Positions 1 through 13,170 of a stretch of 64,000 nt of DNA are shown in pieces (the first letter of the stretch is position 1; the number at the start of each line of letters is the position of its first letter). Location of the stretch: the NCBI RefSeq assembly GCF_006345805.1, contig NC_043009.1, forward strand, positions 17,236,001 to 17,300,000. Reading direction: 5' to 3'. Made by a program: the position numbers and the translations under genes. The notes below the pieces were generated by a model. It saw only the letters and a program-made list of their open reading frames with translations, ran no database searches and was not told the origin of the DNA. The stretch comes from Octopus sinensis (Eukaryota).

Positions 1-901
1 ACACTCACATGTCTATTTCATATACACGTACATACATCTTATTTTTACGGAATGACCGAGTGAAACACAGAATGAGAAAAGAACAGAGAGACAAGAGAGA
101 GAAACAGAGACTGGAAACAAGTTTCTATGGGAGAAGATGACAGGGACAGCGGGTGAGAGACAGAGGCTGATGTTCCATACCCTATGTATGTTCTAGAGTC
201 GAAAGTGAAAGAAAGCCTGCACAAAATTGATGCTGTATGTTCTATTGGTGAAGGTGAAAGAAAGTGGCACAAAGAGAGGGGAAAAGCGGCAGAGAAATAC
301 TGTCATGTCGTACAATTTTAAGGTAATTTTCACTTTCATCCCATGTTTCATGTGTGTGTAGAATTAGGCATTATATTTCTTTCGTTTTCTCATTATAATG
401 TATGGAGACCTGCTGTTAACATATTACAGCTTCACTACAGTTCCTTGTTTTGGAATTAAGAAAGGTATACAAAAATAACTTCCTTTGCCACACACAGAGT
501 TCTGTATGAATTATGTTATTCCTTGCTGTGCCCTAAATTACAGCTGAAATCCTATGGAACTTACCTTTTCCTATTCTACCATTCCTGTTTGTGAGGAGCG
601 TATTTCAAAACCTGATCTTCCATTTAAACTTACAAAGAAGTTATCTCAGAAAACCTGTCCTTTACCTGTTGTTTCTAGCATGTCTCAGATGACATTTGCA
701 TACCACCACCACCACCACTTATTTCTTTCCTCAATTCACTCACATTCCTATGTTTTCCATACAGGAGATTTGCATTTCATCTGAAAGTGAGTAGCCAATG
801 GGTGGCCAAGGTGGGGTAAGGAGTATTTGGTATTTCTTTCAGAAAAATTAAATTTTTGAAAACAAATTAAATTATCCACATTCGTAATCTCTGTATTTTT
901 C

Positions 902-1388
902 CATCATCATCATCATCATCGTCGTCGTTTAGCGTCCGTTTTCCATGCTAGCATGGGTTGGACGGTTCTGCTGGGGTCTGTGAAGCCAGAAGGCTTCATC
1001 AGGCCCAGTCAAATCTGGCAGTGTTTCTACAGCTGGATGCCCTTCCTAACGCCAACCACTCCGTGAGTGTAGTGGGTGCTTTTTACGTGCCACCCGCACA
1101 GGTGCCAGACAGAGCTGGCAAACGGCCACGAACGGATGGTGCTTTTTATGTGCCACCGGCACAAGGGCCAGGCGAGGCTGGCAACGGACATGAAACGGGG
1201 CGGTGCTGGCAACGGTCGCGAAACGGAAGGTTCTCTTACATGCCACCGGCACTGGTAACACATCTGCAATTTCCATTGATCGATTTCCATTCTGATCCTC
1301 ACTTGCCTCAACGGGTCTTCACAAGTAGAGTTTCGACATGCCACCGGTGCTGGTAACACATCTGCAATTTCCATTGATCGATTTCCAA
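902..1388 (-). mobile_element. 5'-truncated 3' end of an RTE-type LINE (or derived SINE) with (CAT)n tail
   Basis: The block ctacagctggatgcccttcctaacgccaacc and the (CAT)n tail match the 3' end of the RTE copy at 11646-13170. Confidence 0.75.
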
Positions 1389-3390
1389 AAACAAAATTCA
1401 GAAAACAGTCAAAAATTAGGAAATTTCAGTGGGAAGAAGTGGGTAATTATAATTTTGAAAACAAGATTTCTGGTCAAAATCATATTAACCCCTTTTTATT
1501 CCATGAAAAGTACATAGTTTGTGATCCTTCTTAAGAACATAATTCACTTCCATGCAAATTGTAGCCACCCACCCACCCACTTCACTTCTAGACAAACAAT
1601 AACTTCCATTACACCAGTAATCAACTCCACTATGTATCAGCTAACAGCATGCATTACGCTTATCAAGACAGAGCATAACCAAATCATTCACAGTTTACCG
1701 TTTTGTCTCAAAATAACGGTATACAAATTGACATATGCATTTTCCCACATCCTTTCATTCATTACTAAAAATCAAATTATACAATGCACAACTTCAAATT
1801 GTTATGCCTTCCATATTATATGTTCCTTAATTGTTTGCTATTTTCACCCATTCCACCAAAACGAAGACATTCTCATTTATCTCTTTAAACAAGGGCCGCA
1901 AAGAAAACTGCCTCTATTCATGCTCAAGAAAACTCACTTCAGCAATGTCCAAATGTGTAATATTTGAAAACGATCACCGATGGCAGAAGTTCTGCTCTAA
2001 ACTACACTTATCGTCTGGGATGAATGCATGATGGCACACTGTGGTGCACTAGAAGCCCAAGACAGGTCACAAAGGGATATTAGAAACAGTACTGCCATTA
2101 CTGTTGTCCTCGCAGGGGGTTTCCGTTTAATATTACCAGTCATACCACAGGGTCCATGAGCTGACAAGATCTATGTGTGTGTGAAGTTTTCACCTCTGTG
2201 AAGGTTTGTTCGTCAGCTTTCGTTAAGCAGCAATATGTGAGCTCACCTCTACAGCGACCCCTTAGCTGAGGAATTCTTTCATCAACTTCTACTGATTGGA
2301 AATGGTGCTTTACCATTGAATAACACCCTGCAACAGCATATACTGCAATGTGGGCACATGGTGTCTACATTGGGGGCAGGGTGGGGTATGTGGGAGTGGG
2401 ATGTGTGGGGGCGGAGTGTGAATGGAGGGGTATCAATGAAGAGAGAAGTTGGATGTCAGAGCAAGAGAGGTGAAGTGGGTAGGAGTGAGGAGAGGAAGTA
2501 GGTGTCAGATGAAGAGAGGTGAGGAGGGGAGGGAAGTTGAGCCCATGTGGTGCAAAGAAGTGAAAAGAGAAGATTAATTCCTGTTCATGGTGATGGCTGG
2601 AGTCAAGATGGCTCCTGTGCAAAGGCAATCCGAACACAGACAGGTGTTTTAATGAATGACCAGTAGAGCGGAAATGGCATGAGATCAGGGTGTCATTGCT
2701 GAGTCTAATGTGCACCGTTTCACAGGCAGGAGTTAGTTGGCAAGTAAGCAAGTGAGATTTCTCTGCAACCATAGGTAATGGAGCCTGGTGCCTTTTGCTT
2801 CTTCTGCACTTGTGCCTGGAGACTTGGTGTCAATGACTTATGCTTGAAGTAAAGATGAAACCATTTTATTATTGTTTGACTGTTTCCACAATAAATATAA
2901 CCAAGCATTATTTGTTGGTAATCATCAAATAAGAGATTTTGTTATGTCTTTGAGAGGTAACTCTGTCTTTCTAGCCATAGAGAAAGCTTACCAACAATAT
3001 TCATGTACAGTGTCTATGACGAGATTTATCTTGCATCACATTTCACAGACGTCAAAGTTAGGCGCTGATCTTGTAGTCTGTGTTGTTAGTAACCAAAATA
3101 AAAGAAAATTCTTGTTTTTACCTGATATTTTCCAATTCTATGTAATACAAAGTTTAAATTGGATTAAAGAGAAAACAAGATTCTCACATCCTTAAAAATA
3201 TGTTTCTAAATATACACTAAGAAACACCAGCAAGACTACCAAAGAAAATATTCTAAATTAGAAAGATTATATAAAGAAATAAAAATATATTTTACTTTCC
3301 CCTATCTTGATTACTGTATTACTTAAGCGGTTTTATAATATTCTTTCTTGACATCTTTTTTGTTCTCAAAGTGTTTCACACACACACACA

Positions 3391-3423
<33 letters not shown>

Positions 3424-3539
3424 CTAAATATATAGATATCTATATATCTATATGTATACATCTATATAACAATCTATCTATCTATATACATATATCTATC
3501 CTGTACTTCATCCTTTTCACTCCATCCAGTAACAAATTT

Positions 3540-4290
3540 CAGACCCATGCTGATATTCACAGCCAACCCAAACATTTTCAGATGATCCATAACCTACGCT
3601 GCCATCACCACTGTCTCATCCACCAAGATGTTTTCTAAGGTGTTGGTGGCCCCTTTCACTCTGTCCTTTTTTTCTAATGCCATCTTGAGAGTTGTTGCCA
3701 TGATTGTCAGCATAGAGTTCTATCAAACCATAGATATTACTCCTGCATTTCACAAGCTGGTATTTCTACTTCTCGGCTACAAAAGGCTGCAGGTAGACTG
3801 ACTTCAACTCAACTATCATAGAAGCCCCGATCATTTGTTTTGATTCTTGCAAGGTCTTTCCATCTGCATCTGTAGTCTCACTACCTTTGTGACATACCAA
3901 ATGGTAAACCATGTCCACTGGCCAGATCTTATTCTTCATTAGCTGAACAACTATCATCAGCAACAACGCTTCATTCTCCACTTCTTCCTCCCACATCATT
4001 AGAATGCCTTCCTTAATCCATCTCTTCACCTCCCTCTCAAATTTGGCTTTTTCCTCCACCCACTTTTCAAAGACATCCTTTGTTGCAGCTCTCCCTATTG
4101 TACAGAAGAAGAAGGAAGGCTCTGGTCTCCATCACAAACCAGCAGAATAAATGAATGGCCAGAAAGAACTTTCACTTGCCTACAGCATCCTACCTGTGAA
4201 CTGGTTCCTTCCTGTGAAAAGGTACACTTGATTGACTTCACCTGACATTATTTTTGCCACACTCACCCCACCCAATCTAGCTCACCATCT
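3540..4290 (-). mobile_element. Decayed Ty3/Gypsy-like LTR retrotransposon reverse transcriptase fragment
   Basis: FEREVKRWIKEGIL...KNKIWPV...IVELKSVYLQ (cf. DLKSAYLQ), then IMATTLKMAL...GATNTLENILVDET...DHLKMFGL; frameshifts, and the YxDD position is degenerate. Confidence 0.75.
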
Positions 4291-4381
4291 CCACCTCTTA
4301 TCTCAGCTCAAAACATCACATTATTTAATACCTATTCTTTCTAAGAACATGGAGAGAAATGAAAGTAGCCAGTTTATTTAA

Positions 4382-4592
4382 CCCTTTCGTTACCGTATTT
4401 ATTTTGAGATGCTCTGTGTTTCTTTCAATATAACAAAGAATTTAATAAAATAACTTAGCCATCATTCAGCTAGTGTTAGGAACATAAATTGTGACTAAGG
4501 TTTGGTGGAAGATTTTAATTCAAAACTTATGAAAACAAGACATTTGTACTACAGAGCCACAGCCGGTTTCAGCCGGGTTGGTAACAAAAGGG
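4382..4592. mobile_element. piggyBac-like MITE
   Basis: TTAA|CCCTTTCGTTACC ... GGTAACAAAAGGG|TTAA. Confidence 0.85.
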
Positions 4593-4867
4593 TTAAGTGA
4601 GACAAACAGGAATAACTCTAAATAAAGAAGCCAGAAATCAATGTAATTATGAAAGGAGTTGAGAGAAGATACAGCTTGAAGACAGTTCCTGGAATTGCAA
4701 ACACATTGAGATGAAGGGAACGAAAAGTAGAATGCATTTTCTTGATGTTCTCAAGAATAAACAGAACAATTCAACTTCTAACATATTTTTATAAAATTGG
4801 TCTTGTACCAAAAAGAAATCACTGTAATTGACAGGAAAAACAAAAGACACAAGAAACGGTTGCCTAC

Positions 4868-4990
4868 CTATGCAATCCAATGAAGTGTCCATCCAGTAAC
4901 CAGGGTTGCAGTCACAATCATAAGAGCCAGGTACATTGTAACAGAGCTGGTCACATCCATTCTTTAATTCTGAGGCACATTCATCAACAT
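4868..4990 (-). CDS. cbEGF exon: DVDECASELKNGCDQLCYNVPGSYDCDCNPGYWMDTSLDCI
   Basis: 123 bp; acceptor cctatattcacag|AT, donor ATAG|gtaggc; lies within ORF 4647-5054. Confidence 0.95.
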
Positions 4991-5844
4991 CTGTGAATAT
5001 AGGAAACAGAAAGAAAGAACATTGATTTTTAAAATATTTACTTAATATATTCACAGAATTAAATGCAATTTAGTTAAACTTTTCAAAATGAGTCACAAGT
5101 TTAAAAAAGAAAAAAAAAACAGAATCGCACATTGTGACATGTCTGTATCATTACTTAAATGTATTTGTTAGTGAAATCTATATTAATTATAAATTAATTA
5201 AAGCTACATTGCTTTTGCTTCATTGTATTACCATAATAAATAATTATATCTATTATTATTGGTACTTTTACTGATATCACATTCCCCTGCTGGACTTCTC
5301 TTAACAAGCTTTTAGTTCTATGTGTAAAATCAGAATATTTTCTATATTGTTACAATGTGAAGGCATTGCAAATGAGAGGTGTAAAGCATCTCGACAAATC
5401 TATAATCACAATGACACAATTTCTATGATACTTCTCTTATCATAATCCCAACAACCTAACACTTAAGCATCATTATATATTCATTGGACTATTAATCTCA
5501 TAATTAAATAGCTATATTGGACATTTCAGCTTAAAGAGGGAAGTGATGGGGCAATCATTAGTTCATTATATATTTAGTTATTATTACTCTGTGTCAAAAT
5601 CTCACAATGGTTGACTGCTTTCTATCTCATGGGCCCAATAAAATAAGTGCCTGTACTTTGTTTGTGTCAGTTCAAAAGATTAAACCACTTTTCAAAGTTG
5701 TGGTCTTGTGACAATGAAAAAATTTACATTCCTTAGTTTCATTCTCACCCTAGTTCCAAAACATTTACGCCTATTTTCTTCCACCTGATTTGTCTTTTTA
5801 TTAAACCATGGAAACTTCTTTTTTTAAATGGAAGCCCAGAGTGG

Positions 5845-6230
5845 TTTGTGGATGTAACATGATTGAAGGATTTAGGTGTTTGCTTCACAATTATGAGGAT
5901 CTAGGTTTTGCCCCACTGACTGGCATCTTGGACAAGTTCCTTTTACCATAGCCTCAGTTTGACCAAATGTTATGAGTGAAACTGGTTTGATGGAAACTGT
6001 ATGGAAGCCAGTTAGATAGATTGCAGAAAGTAGGGTGCTGACACTAATGGCAGTTGTTCAGTTAAGGAAAATATAAGGTCTGGTCTGTATTCAACCAGTA
6101 ATTTAAAGAACCAGGTCTGTCACACCGATTCTGCCTGCAAATTACATTAAAGACACTTGTGTTTTTGGAATACTCAACCATTTACATGGTAATTGATAAT
6201 CCAGTTGAGTGACCAACTGAATACTACTCA
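5845..6230 (+). mobile_element. Degenerate tRNA-derived SINE (family B)
   Basis: Decayed match to the ggcaccttgggcaagtgtcttctactatagcc / gtagacggaaactg block seen in many copies in this window. Confidence 0.55.
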
Positions 6231-6614
6231 AAACTAGAAGGAAACTCTTTTACTGAGGAAGTTTCACAGACTATACTTAACAATGGAATATTACTCTGGC
6301 ACCAACTGAGCTGCTATGACATATTATTTTGGTTTGGCTCAGGTTTGGTCTCATTCCTGATAGAAATTATGTGAATAGCAAGTTACTACCTGTAACCTTA
6401 GGTATCCACGAATTTTCAGCAGTCTTTCAAATGTTCAGAATCCTCATGCAGTCTTTAGAACCCTCCTGCAGTTTTCAGCAGTCTTTCAAGTGCTTAGAAC
6501 CCATAATGCACACATTGTGCATTATGGCAATGTAAATCATCCTTTAAACCTAAAATCTCATTTGCCCTCTAAAACACCTGGCATGCTTTTCCTCAGTCTC
6601 AGTGCCAAGTCATT

Positions 6615-6975
6615 AAGGTGGTGAGCTGGCAGAATCATTAGCACACCTGGCAAAGTGCTTAGCAGCATTTCATCTGTTGCTGTATTCTGAGTTCAAATTC
6701 TGCTGAGGTCAACTTTACCTTTCATCCTTTTAGGGTTGATAAATTAAGTACCAGTAAAGAAATGGGGTCACTGTAATTGACTAGCCTCCTCCCACCAAAT
6801 TTCAGGCCTTGTGCCTATAGTAGAAATGATTATTATTATTATTATTACTATTCAGAAGGAGGTGAGTAGACAGAATGTTTAGCAATATGTTCTGAGTTTA
6901 AATTCCACTGAGGTCGACTTTGCCTTTCATTTTTTCAGGGGTCAATAAAATAATGTAATTGACTACTCCCTTCCT
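6615..6975 (+). mobile_element. Two adjacent tRNA-derived SINEs (family A), second one partial
   Basis: Both contain gagctggcagaa...ttctgagttcaaattc(c)gc(t)gaggtc(g)actttgcctttcatcc, with (ATT)n tails. Confidence 0.8.
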
Positions 6976-7043
6976 CAGATTTCAGAAAAAGAAATAATAA
7001 TAATAATTACAATAATAATAATGACAGCCCTGATGCAATACAT

Positions 7044-7615
7044 GCCCTGATGCAATACCAGACAGTGCCTCTCATGGCTTTTGATCTTAACTGATTGGAA
7101 GTGTTATCATGTACATTGTTTTGTCTTGGTATAAAAGATGGGCTACAGCAAATATTCTGCTCAATACCAAAGATTTGCTTGTCAGTTGTTTGACCTTAAC
7201 CAATTGAGCATGTCCCTTAGTGGCTGACGATATGTGCATCTCTGATCATGAGCAGAAGTAGGGGGGAGCATCATAGCCATGTGTTGAGAGGGATTCTTTG
7301 CGGTTTGAATAATTCACCTCTGGAAACATGGGTGTTTCGTTCAACATCCTTAAACAATCCTTATTCAGGGACCTTTTGAGCGGGATGGGATACTCAACCA
7401 GAAGAAAATTCTAACTGGGCTCCACCTGCAAGGTCATGCGCTGTTTATCTTGATATGAGATCACCATGTCGTGCACATATGGCTGTACTCGGGCACTGAG
7501 TTCAAGATGCATGTGCCTGGTGTACCCTTATCAGACGGGTAGTCATGATGGGTATACTGGGCTTCGTATATTTTACCCCAGTGTCACTTTGATGGCATGC
7601 ACTACTCTCTCACTC

Positions 7616-7618
<3 letters not shown>
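7044..7618 (+). mobile_element. (AAT)n-tailed interspersed repeat, copy 1
   Basis: About 570 bp ending ctctctcactc-(AAT)n; an inverted second copy lies at 7714-8147. Confidence 0.75.
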
Positions 7619-7674
<56 letters not shown>

Positions 7675-7713
7675 TAATAACAACAACAACAATGATGATA
7701 ATAATAATAATCA

Positions 7714-8147
7714 TTGAGTGAGAGAGCAATGTGTGCCATCTAAGTGACATTAAAATACGAATATATGAAGATCAATATACCCATCATGACTACCCATCTG
7801 ATAGGGGTACACCAGGCACATGCTTCACAACCCTATATGCACGACATGGCGATCTCATATCAAGATAAACTGCGCATGAATTTGCAGGTGGGGCCCAGTT
7901 AGAATTTTCTTCAGGTCAAGTAACCCATCCCACTCAAAAGGTTCCTGAATAAGGTTTGTTTAAGGATGATGAATGAAACACCCATGTTTCCAGAGGTCAA
8001 TTATTCAAACTCCAAACAATTCCCCTCAACACATGGCTCTGGTGCTTCCCCACTACTCCTGCTTGTGACCAGAGATGCACATATCATCAGCCACTCAGGG
8101 ACATGCTCAACTAGTTAAGGTCAAGCAACTGACAAGCAAATCTGTGG
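7714..8147 (-). mobile_element. (AAT)n-tailed interspersed repeat, copy 2 (inverted, 5'-truncated)
   Basis: Reverse complement aligns along 7167-7618. Confidence 0.8.
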
Positions 8148-8149
8148 CA

Positions 8150-8193
<44 letters not shown>

Positions 8194-8465
8194 TATTATT
8201 ATCATCATTATTATTATTGATAACATTATTATATAAAACAGTGACAATACATTTGATGATGGAATCATTTTGAACTGATACTAACTCCACGACAGTTACA
8301 GCAGCACTAATACTGCCACCACAACAATACTCCACACCTACAACATCTTGAATCTTCTCCTTCTAGCAGTACCACAATACCAAACAAGCAATTTTAAACA
8401 GTGTGTGTGTGTGTGTGTGTGTGTGCAAGTTTGTGTATGCATGTGTACACATACACACAAAGATA

Positions 8466-8681
8466 TTCTTTTCTACACTAGGCACAAGGTCTGATACTTT
8501 TGGGGAGGGGGACCAGCCAATTAGATCGACCCCAGTATGCGACTGGAACTTAATTTATTGACCTTGAAAGAATGAAAGGCAAAGTTGACCTCGGTGGAAT
8601 TTGAACTCAGACCATAAAGACAGATGAAATACCACTAAGCATTTTGCCTAGCATGCTAAAGTTTCTGCTAGCTCACCACTT
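8466..8681 (-). mobile_element. tRNA-derived SINE (family A)
   Basis: Contains gacctcggtggaatttgaactcag, the reverse complement of the family A core. Confidence 0.8.
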
Positions 8682-8725
8682 TATACACTCAAAGATATTA
8701 AGAAGAATATAAAGGAATATCAGAC

Positions 8726-8851
8726 CAGAACAGTTGAAACCATCAGAAGTGAGTTCAAATCCATGTGTCAAACATTCACAGTAGAATGACCCAATGGTAT
8801 TCACACAGTTTTCTTCACAGGGATTAAAACCTTCCACACATTCATTGATAT
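8726..8851 (-). CDS. cbEGF exon: DINECVEGFNPCEENCVNTIGSFYCECLTHGFELTSDGFNCS
   Basis: 126 bp; acceptor ttttgactgtctgtag|AT, weak donor TCTG|gtctga; full cbEGF consensus. Not in the ORF track. Confidence 0.92.
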
Positions 8852-10546
8852 CTACAGACAGTCAAAAGAAAAACAACAACAATAATAATAAAATAATAAT
8901 ATCAAAAATAAAAAAAATCATGTAATATTATACAAATTGATAGAGTAGAATTTAAAAAATTTCTTCACACAAAGCGATATGAAAAACAAGAATTATAATA
9001 AGTCACAGAAAAAAAATAAAACAATAAAATCTCTATAATAAAACCAAACACAAAAGTAAACTTTCATAATACATTTGTTTTAATAACATTAAGTTAATGG
9101 TCACCTAGCCATAGTAAACAGCAACACGTTCAAAATAACATGCAAAAAAATATTAATCAGAAATAATGTACACAGAAGGAGAAAACTTTGTCCTTATGCT
9201 ACTATATGTTCTCTGTGTTACTCTGTGTTTGTATTCTACTCTCCGTATTTGGCATCTGATGTTCAAATAAATGTATTTCAACTGTGTAGTTGTGTAGCTT
9301 GTATTTGCTCACTGCTATTTTTCTAATAATTCTACATTAGTAATTTCATTTTGAAAATTTATTTAAGTCGTGATCCTGGTATGTGGAACTGCCAGACCCA
9401 GCTATAAGTTGTAATGTTAAAGTACAAAAAAAAGAAATTCTTTAATAATTAGGTGATAAAAAGTGCAAAGAATCTAGTCATGCAGATGATATGATGAAGA
9501 CACAGATGAATCCTTACAATTGAAGCATCAGTATTTTGGTGTAGGAAATCCAGAGTGTGTATGACTATTTAAATGGAATTGAATGTAAAACATAATCTTT
9601 TTTTGAATAACATATTACATATTTTGATATCATTATTTAGTCATTGCTACGTTACTTCGTAGGCTACATCAATGTATTTAGGCAATGTAAATATATTATT
9701 GGATATCAATATTTAATTCATTTCATAGCATAGATCTGTGGAGGAAGGTGAATAAGATGCTGAGAGATTTATGTTTCTCTCAATAACAAGATAAGTGAAG
9801 CAACAAATCACAATTTGGTGATGAGTAGTCTTCACTACTCATCACAAAATGATTATTTATTATTACCATATTTCCTCCTTATCCATGACATTTACCATAA
9901 TATGGTGTGCTGGACTTAGTCTCAGCTTAACTCCAACAACTGGCCGTTGCTACCTTTAGTGGAGTCCACTCTGCTGTGATTATTTAGACTAGATCTTTGA
10001 TCTGAAGACAGCTCAACATGCTGATTGATGTATTACTTCATCTACAGCAACACACAAGTCATTGTTTCTGTATTCTTTCCACCAAACAGTCCCAGAGACC
10101 CTGCCATGACAAAATCTAGCTTTAAAGATATTATGTTGTTAAAGAGAAAACTTATTCTCTTTCTTGAGAGGCAAGTCAGACTATTATAAGTAGCAGCCAT
10201 AATATTTGAAATCAGCACCGCAAGTTGATAAAATATCTGACGGTTATGCAGGGCTCACACTGTTTAAAGATTTAAATAATATCTAGTTATAGTTTTTGTG
10301 AACTGTGCTTTTGCTAGAAACACACATCAGAGTAGTTTGAAATAACATCAGCTGCCAGCTTTCCATTTTGTTAGCCATTTTCTTTTTGACAAGATACAAT
10401 GTAAAATGAAAATTAAATAAAGAAGACACTGATCCAAACAAAATTTTAAAATTGTACACAAGTTACCCACCTGCATACCTGTGTGATTAATCATTTGCAA
10501 AAATTTTAAAGTTATATGGAAGAAAATCACTCAGCAGGCTACATAC

Positions 10547-10672
10547 CTATACATGAGAATCTGTCATAGGAGAGTTTCATACCAGCAGAGCTACATATAC
10601 ATTCATAAGAGCCTTCCAGATTGATGCAGGTTTCTCCACAAGTGCTGTTATCAAGCAAACATTCATCTACAT
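10547..10672 (-). CDS. cbEGF exon: DVDECLLDNSTCGETCINLEGSYECICSSAGMKLSYDRFSCI
   Basis: 126 bp; acceptor gtcttttctag|AT, donor ATAG|gtatgt; lies within ORF 10539-10724. Confidence 0.95.
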
Positions 10673-11194
10673 CTAGAAAAGACAGCAAAGACAATAAACC
10701 ACAATGTACATTGTTTTCAGACATTTAGGAGTTGTTATTGACGGGGTAGCTCTAGTAAGTTCAACTGGGGAAGTCTTATAAAAATTCCTCTTGGAGCAGA
10801 ACTAAAATGGTAGGGAATCCTGAAACAAAGATCAAAACTGAAGCAGAACTGTAGCATGGTCAGTCCAACTGGTTAAATCTTATAGAAAAGAGACTGACTG
10901 GGAATGACCTATAGCAAGGACTGAATAATTTTAGTTGTGTCTTAATCACAGCTATTCATTTATTATTTTACTAGTTTTAGCCTCTAGACTGTGGCTGTAC
11001 TCAAGCACTGATTTCAAGAGTTTTTAGTTGATCATATCAATGCCAATATTTATTTCAGTCTGGTACCTATTTACTAATCTTTGTTTGTTGAACTGTTATG
11101 GTACAGAAAATTAACAACATTTCTTTTAACAATAGCTTTTACCAATGTAAAAATAAACACACACACGCACACACCAACATCATCCTCTTCTTCA

Positions 11195-11450
11195 TTATCA
11201 TAACCATCATCATCGTCATCTTCAATAGCAGCACCATCTTTTAATGTCTGCCTTCCATTCTGACATGGGTTGGACAATTTGAAAAGATCCAATGGGTCAA
11301 AGGACTGCATCATGCTTCAGTATCTGCTTGGTATGGTTTCTACAGCTGGATGCCTTTCCTGACACCAACCAGTTTACATAGTTCACTGGGCGCTTTTATG
11401 TGTCACCAACACTAAAGATTTGCATGATTGTGATCCCCACCAGGTGAGTG
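11195..11450 (-). mobile_element. RTE-type 3'-end fragment
   Basis: (CAT)n tail plus catgggttggac...ctacagctggatgcc block. Confidence 0.6.
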
Positions 11451-11645
11451 GGACAACAGCAAAGAGTGAGGCAGCTTTATGTTAAGTGATGAAAAGTCAC
11501 AGTCCAAAGAGAGAGACACAAGAGGTTTCTTGCTGGAGAAGAGATGCATGGTTACTAACATTATGGAAGAGAAGGTGGGAGTAATTGGTGAAGAACTAGA
11601 ACAAGAAATAAAGATGATAGCGATGAGGTTTCAGGGTGGACAGAA

Positions 11646-13170
11646 TATGCTGATGATTTTGCTCTAATAGCTGAGTCACTATCAGAACTAGAGGAGATGT
11701 TTCAGGTGTGGAAGCAAGGTCTAGAATCGAAGGGTCTTAGAGTCAATCTAGCAAAAACCAAAATCCTAGTAAGTTGGAAGGCAGACAAACCACAAATCCC
11801 TTCAGGTAGATGGCCCTGCTTGATCTGTAGAAAAGGTGTAGGTAGAAACTCCATAAGATGTACCCAGTGTAAACTGTGGACACAAGAGATGCAGCAATAT
11901 CAAAGGAAGACTAACTGGGAAGATAGTTTTTGTGTGTGGCAAATGCTCAGGGGCAATAAACACTGAAAATGTGCAGAAAACAGCTTCTGTTACATTCCAA
12001 GGGGGAAATGTACAAGTAGTTGATAGCTTCTGTTACCTAGGTAACCAAGACAGTAGCGGGGGAGGTTGCTCTGAGAGTGTAGCTGTTAGAATAAGAATAG
12101 CCTGAGCAAAGTTCAGGGAGCTCCTACCTCTGCTGGTGACAAAAGGCCTCTCACTCAGAGTAAAAGATAAACTGTATGAGGCATGTGTGCGAACAGCCAT
12201 GCTACATGGCAGTGAAACATGGACCATGACTGCTGAGGACATGCGTAAGCTTGCAAGGAATGGAGCTAATATGCTCCACTGGATGTGTAATGTCAGTGTA
12301 CATACATGACAGAGTATAAGTGCCCTGAAAGAAAAGTTGGACATAAGAAGCATCAGATGTGGTGTGCAAGAGAGACAACTGCACTGTTGCATATGGATGA
12401 CGACAGCTGTGTGAAAAAGTGTCATACTCTAGCAGTAGAGAGAACCTGTGGAAGAGGTAGACCCAGGAAAACCTGGGATGAGATGTTGAAGCACGACCTT
12501 TGAATATTGAGCTTCAGTGAGGCGATGACAAGTCACCGAGACCTTTGGAGATATGCTATGCTTGAGAAGACCTAGCAAAGCAAGTGAGACCATAACTGTG
12601 GCCTAGCCAGTGCAGCATAACCAGCCCATTTAAGAGTACCCTTCAATTATTGGGCAATAAACTGCACCTGCAAAGACCTGTTGAGGCAAGTGAAGTCGTT
12701 ATCATGGCACCATTCGAGTGTGGTCGATGCCAGTGCCACCTGACTTGTCCAGTGCTGGTGGCATGTAAAAATCCCCATTCGGGTGTGGTCGATGCCTGTG
12801 CCAGCCGACAGGTCCTGTGCTGGCTGACAGGTCCTGTGCCGGTGGTATGTAAAAAGCACCAATCAAGCATGTTCATTGCCAATGCTGCCTTACTAGCTCC
12901 TGTGCCAGTGGCACATAAAAAGCACCATTCAAGCGTGGCCAATGCCAGTACTGCCTGACTGGCCCTCATGCCGGTAACATGTAAAAAGTACCCACTTATC
13001 TCTTGGAGTGGTTGGCATTAGGAAGGGCATCCAGCTGTAGAAACATTGCTAGATTGGATTGGAGTCTGGTGCAGCCTCCTGGCTCACCAGCCCTTGGTCA
13101 ACCCATCCAACCCATGCCAGCACGGAAAGCAGACGTTAAACGAAGATGATGATGATGATGATGATGACGA
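11646..13170 (+). mobile_element. 5'-truncated RTE-clade LINE (RT C-terminal half, modular 3' UTR, (GAT)n tail)
   Basis: YADDFALIAESLSELEEMFQVWKQGLESKGLRVNLAKTK...FCYLG...LHGSETW..., with stops and frameshifts. Confidence 0.9.

Noticed and set aside
545-790. Strong minus-strand donor (AAG|GTAAGT at 565/564) suggesting a further exon
   Set aside because: No acceptor gives a stop-free phase-1 reading, and there is no EGF pattern.
958-1374. Overlapping GC-richer ORFs (also 12643-12969)
   Set aside because: They lie in the modular 3' UTR of RTE elements and have no recognisable protein.
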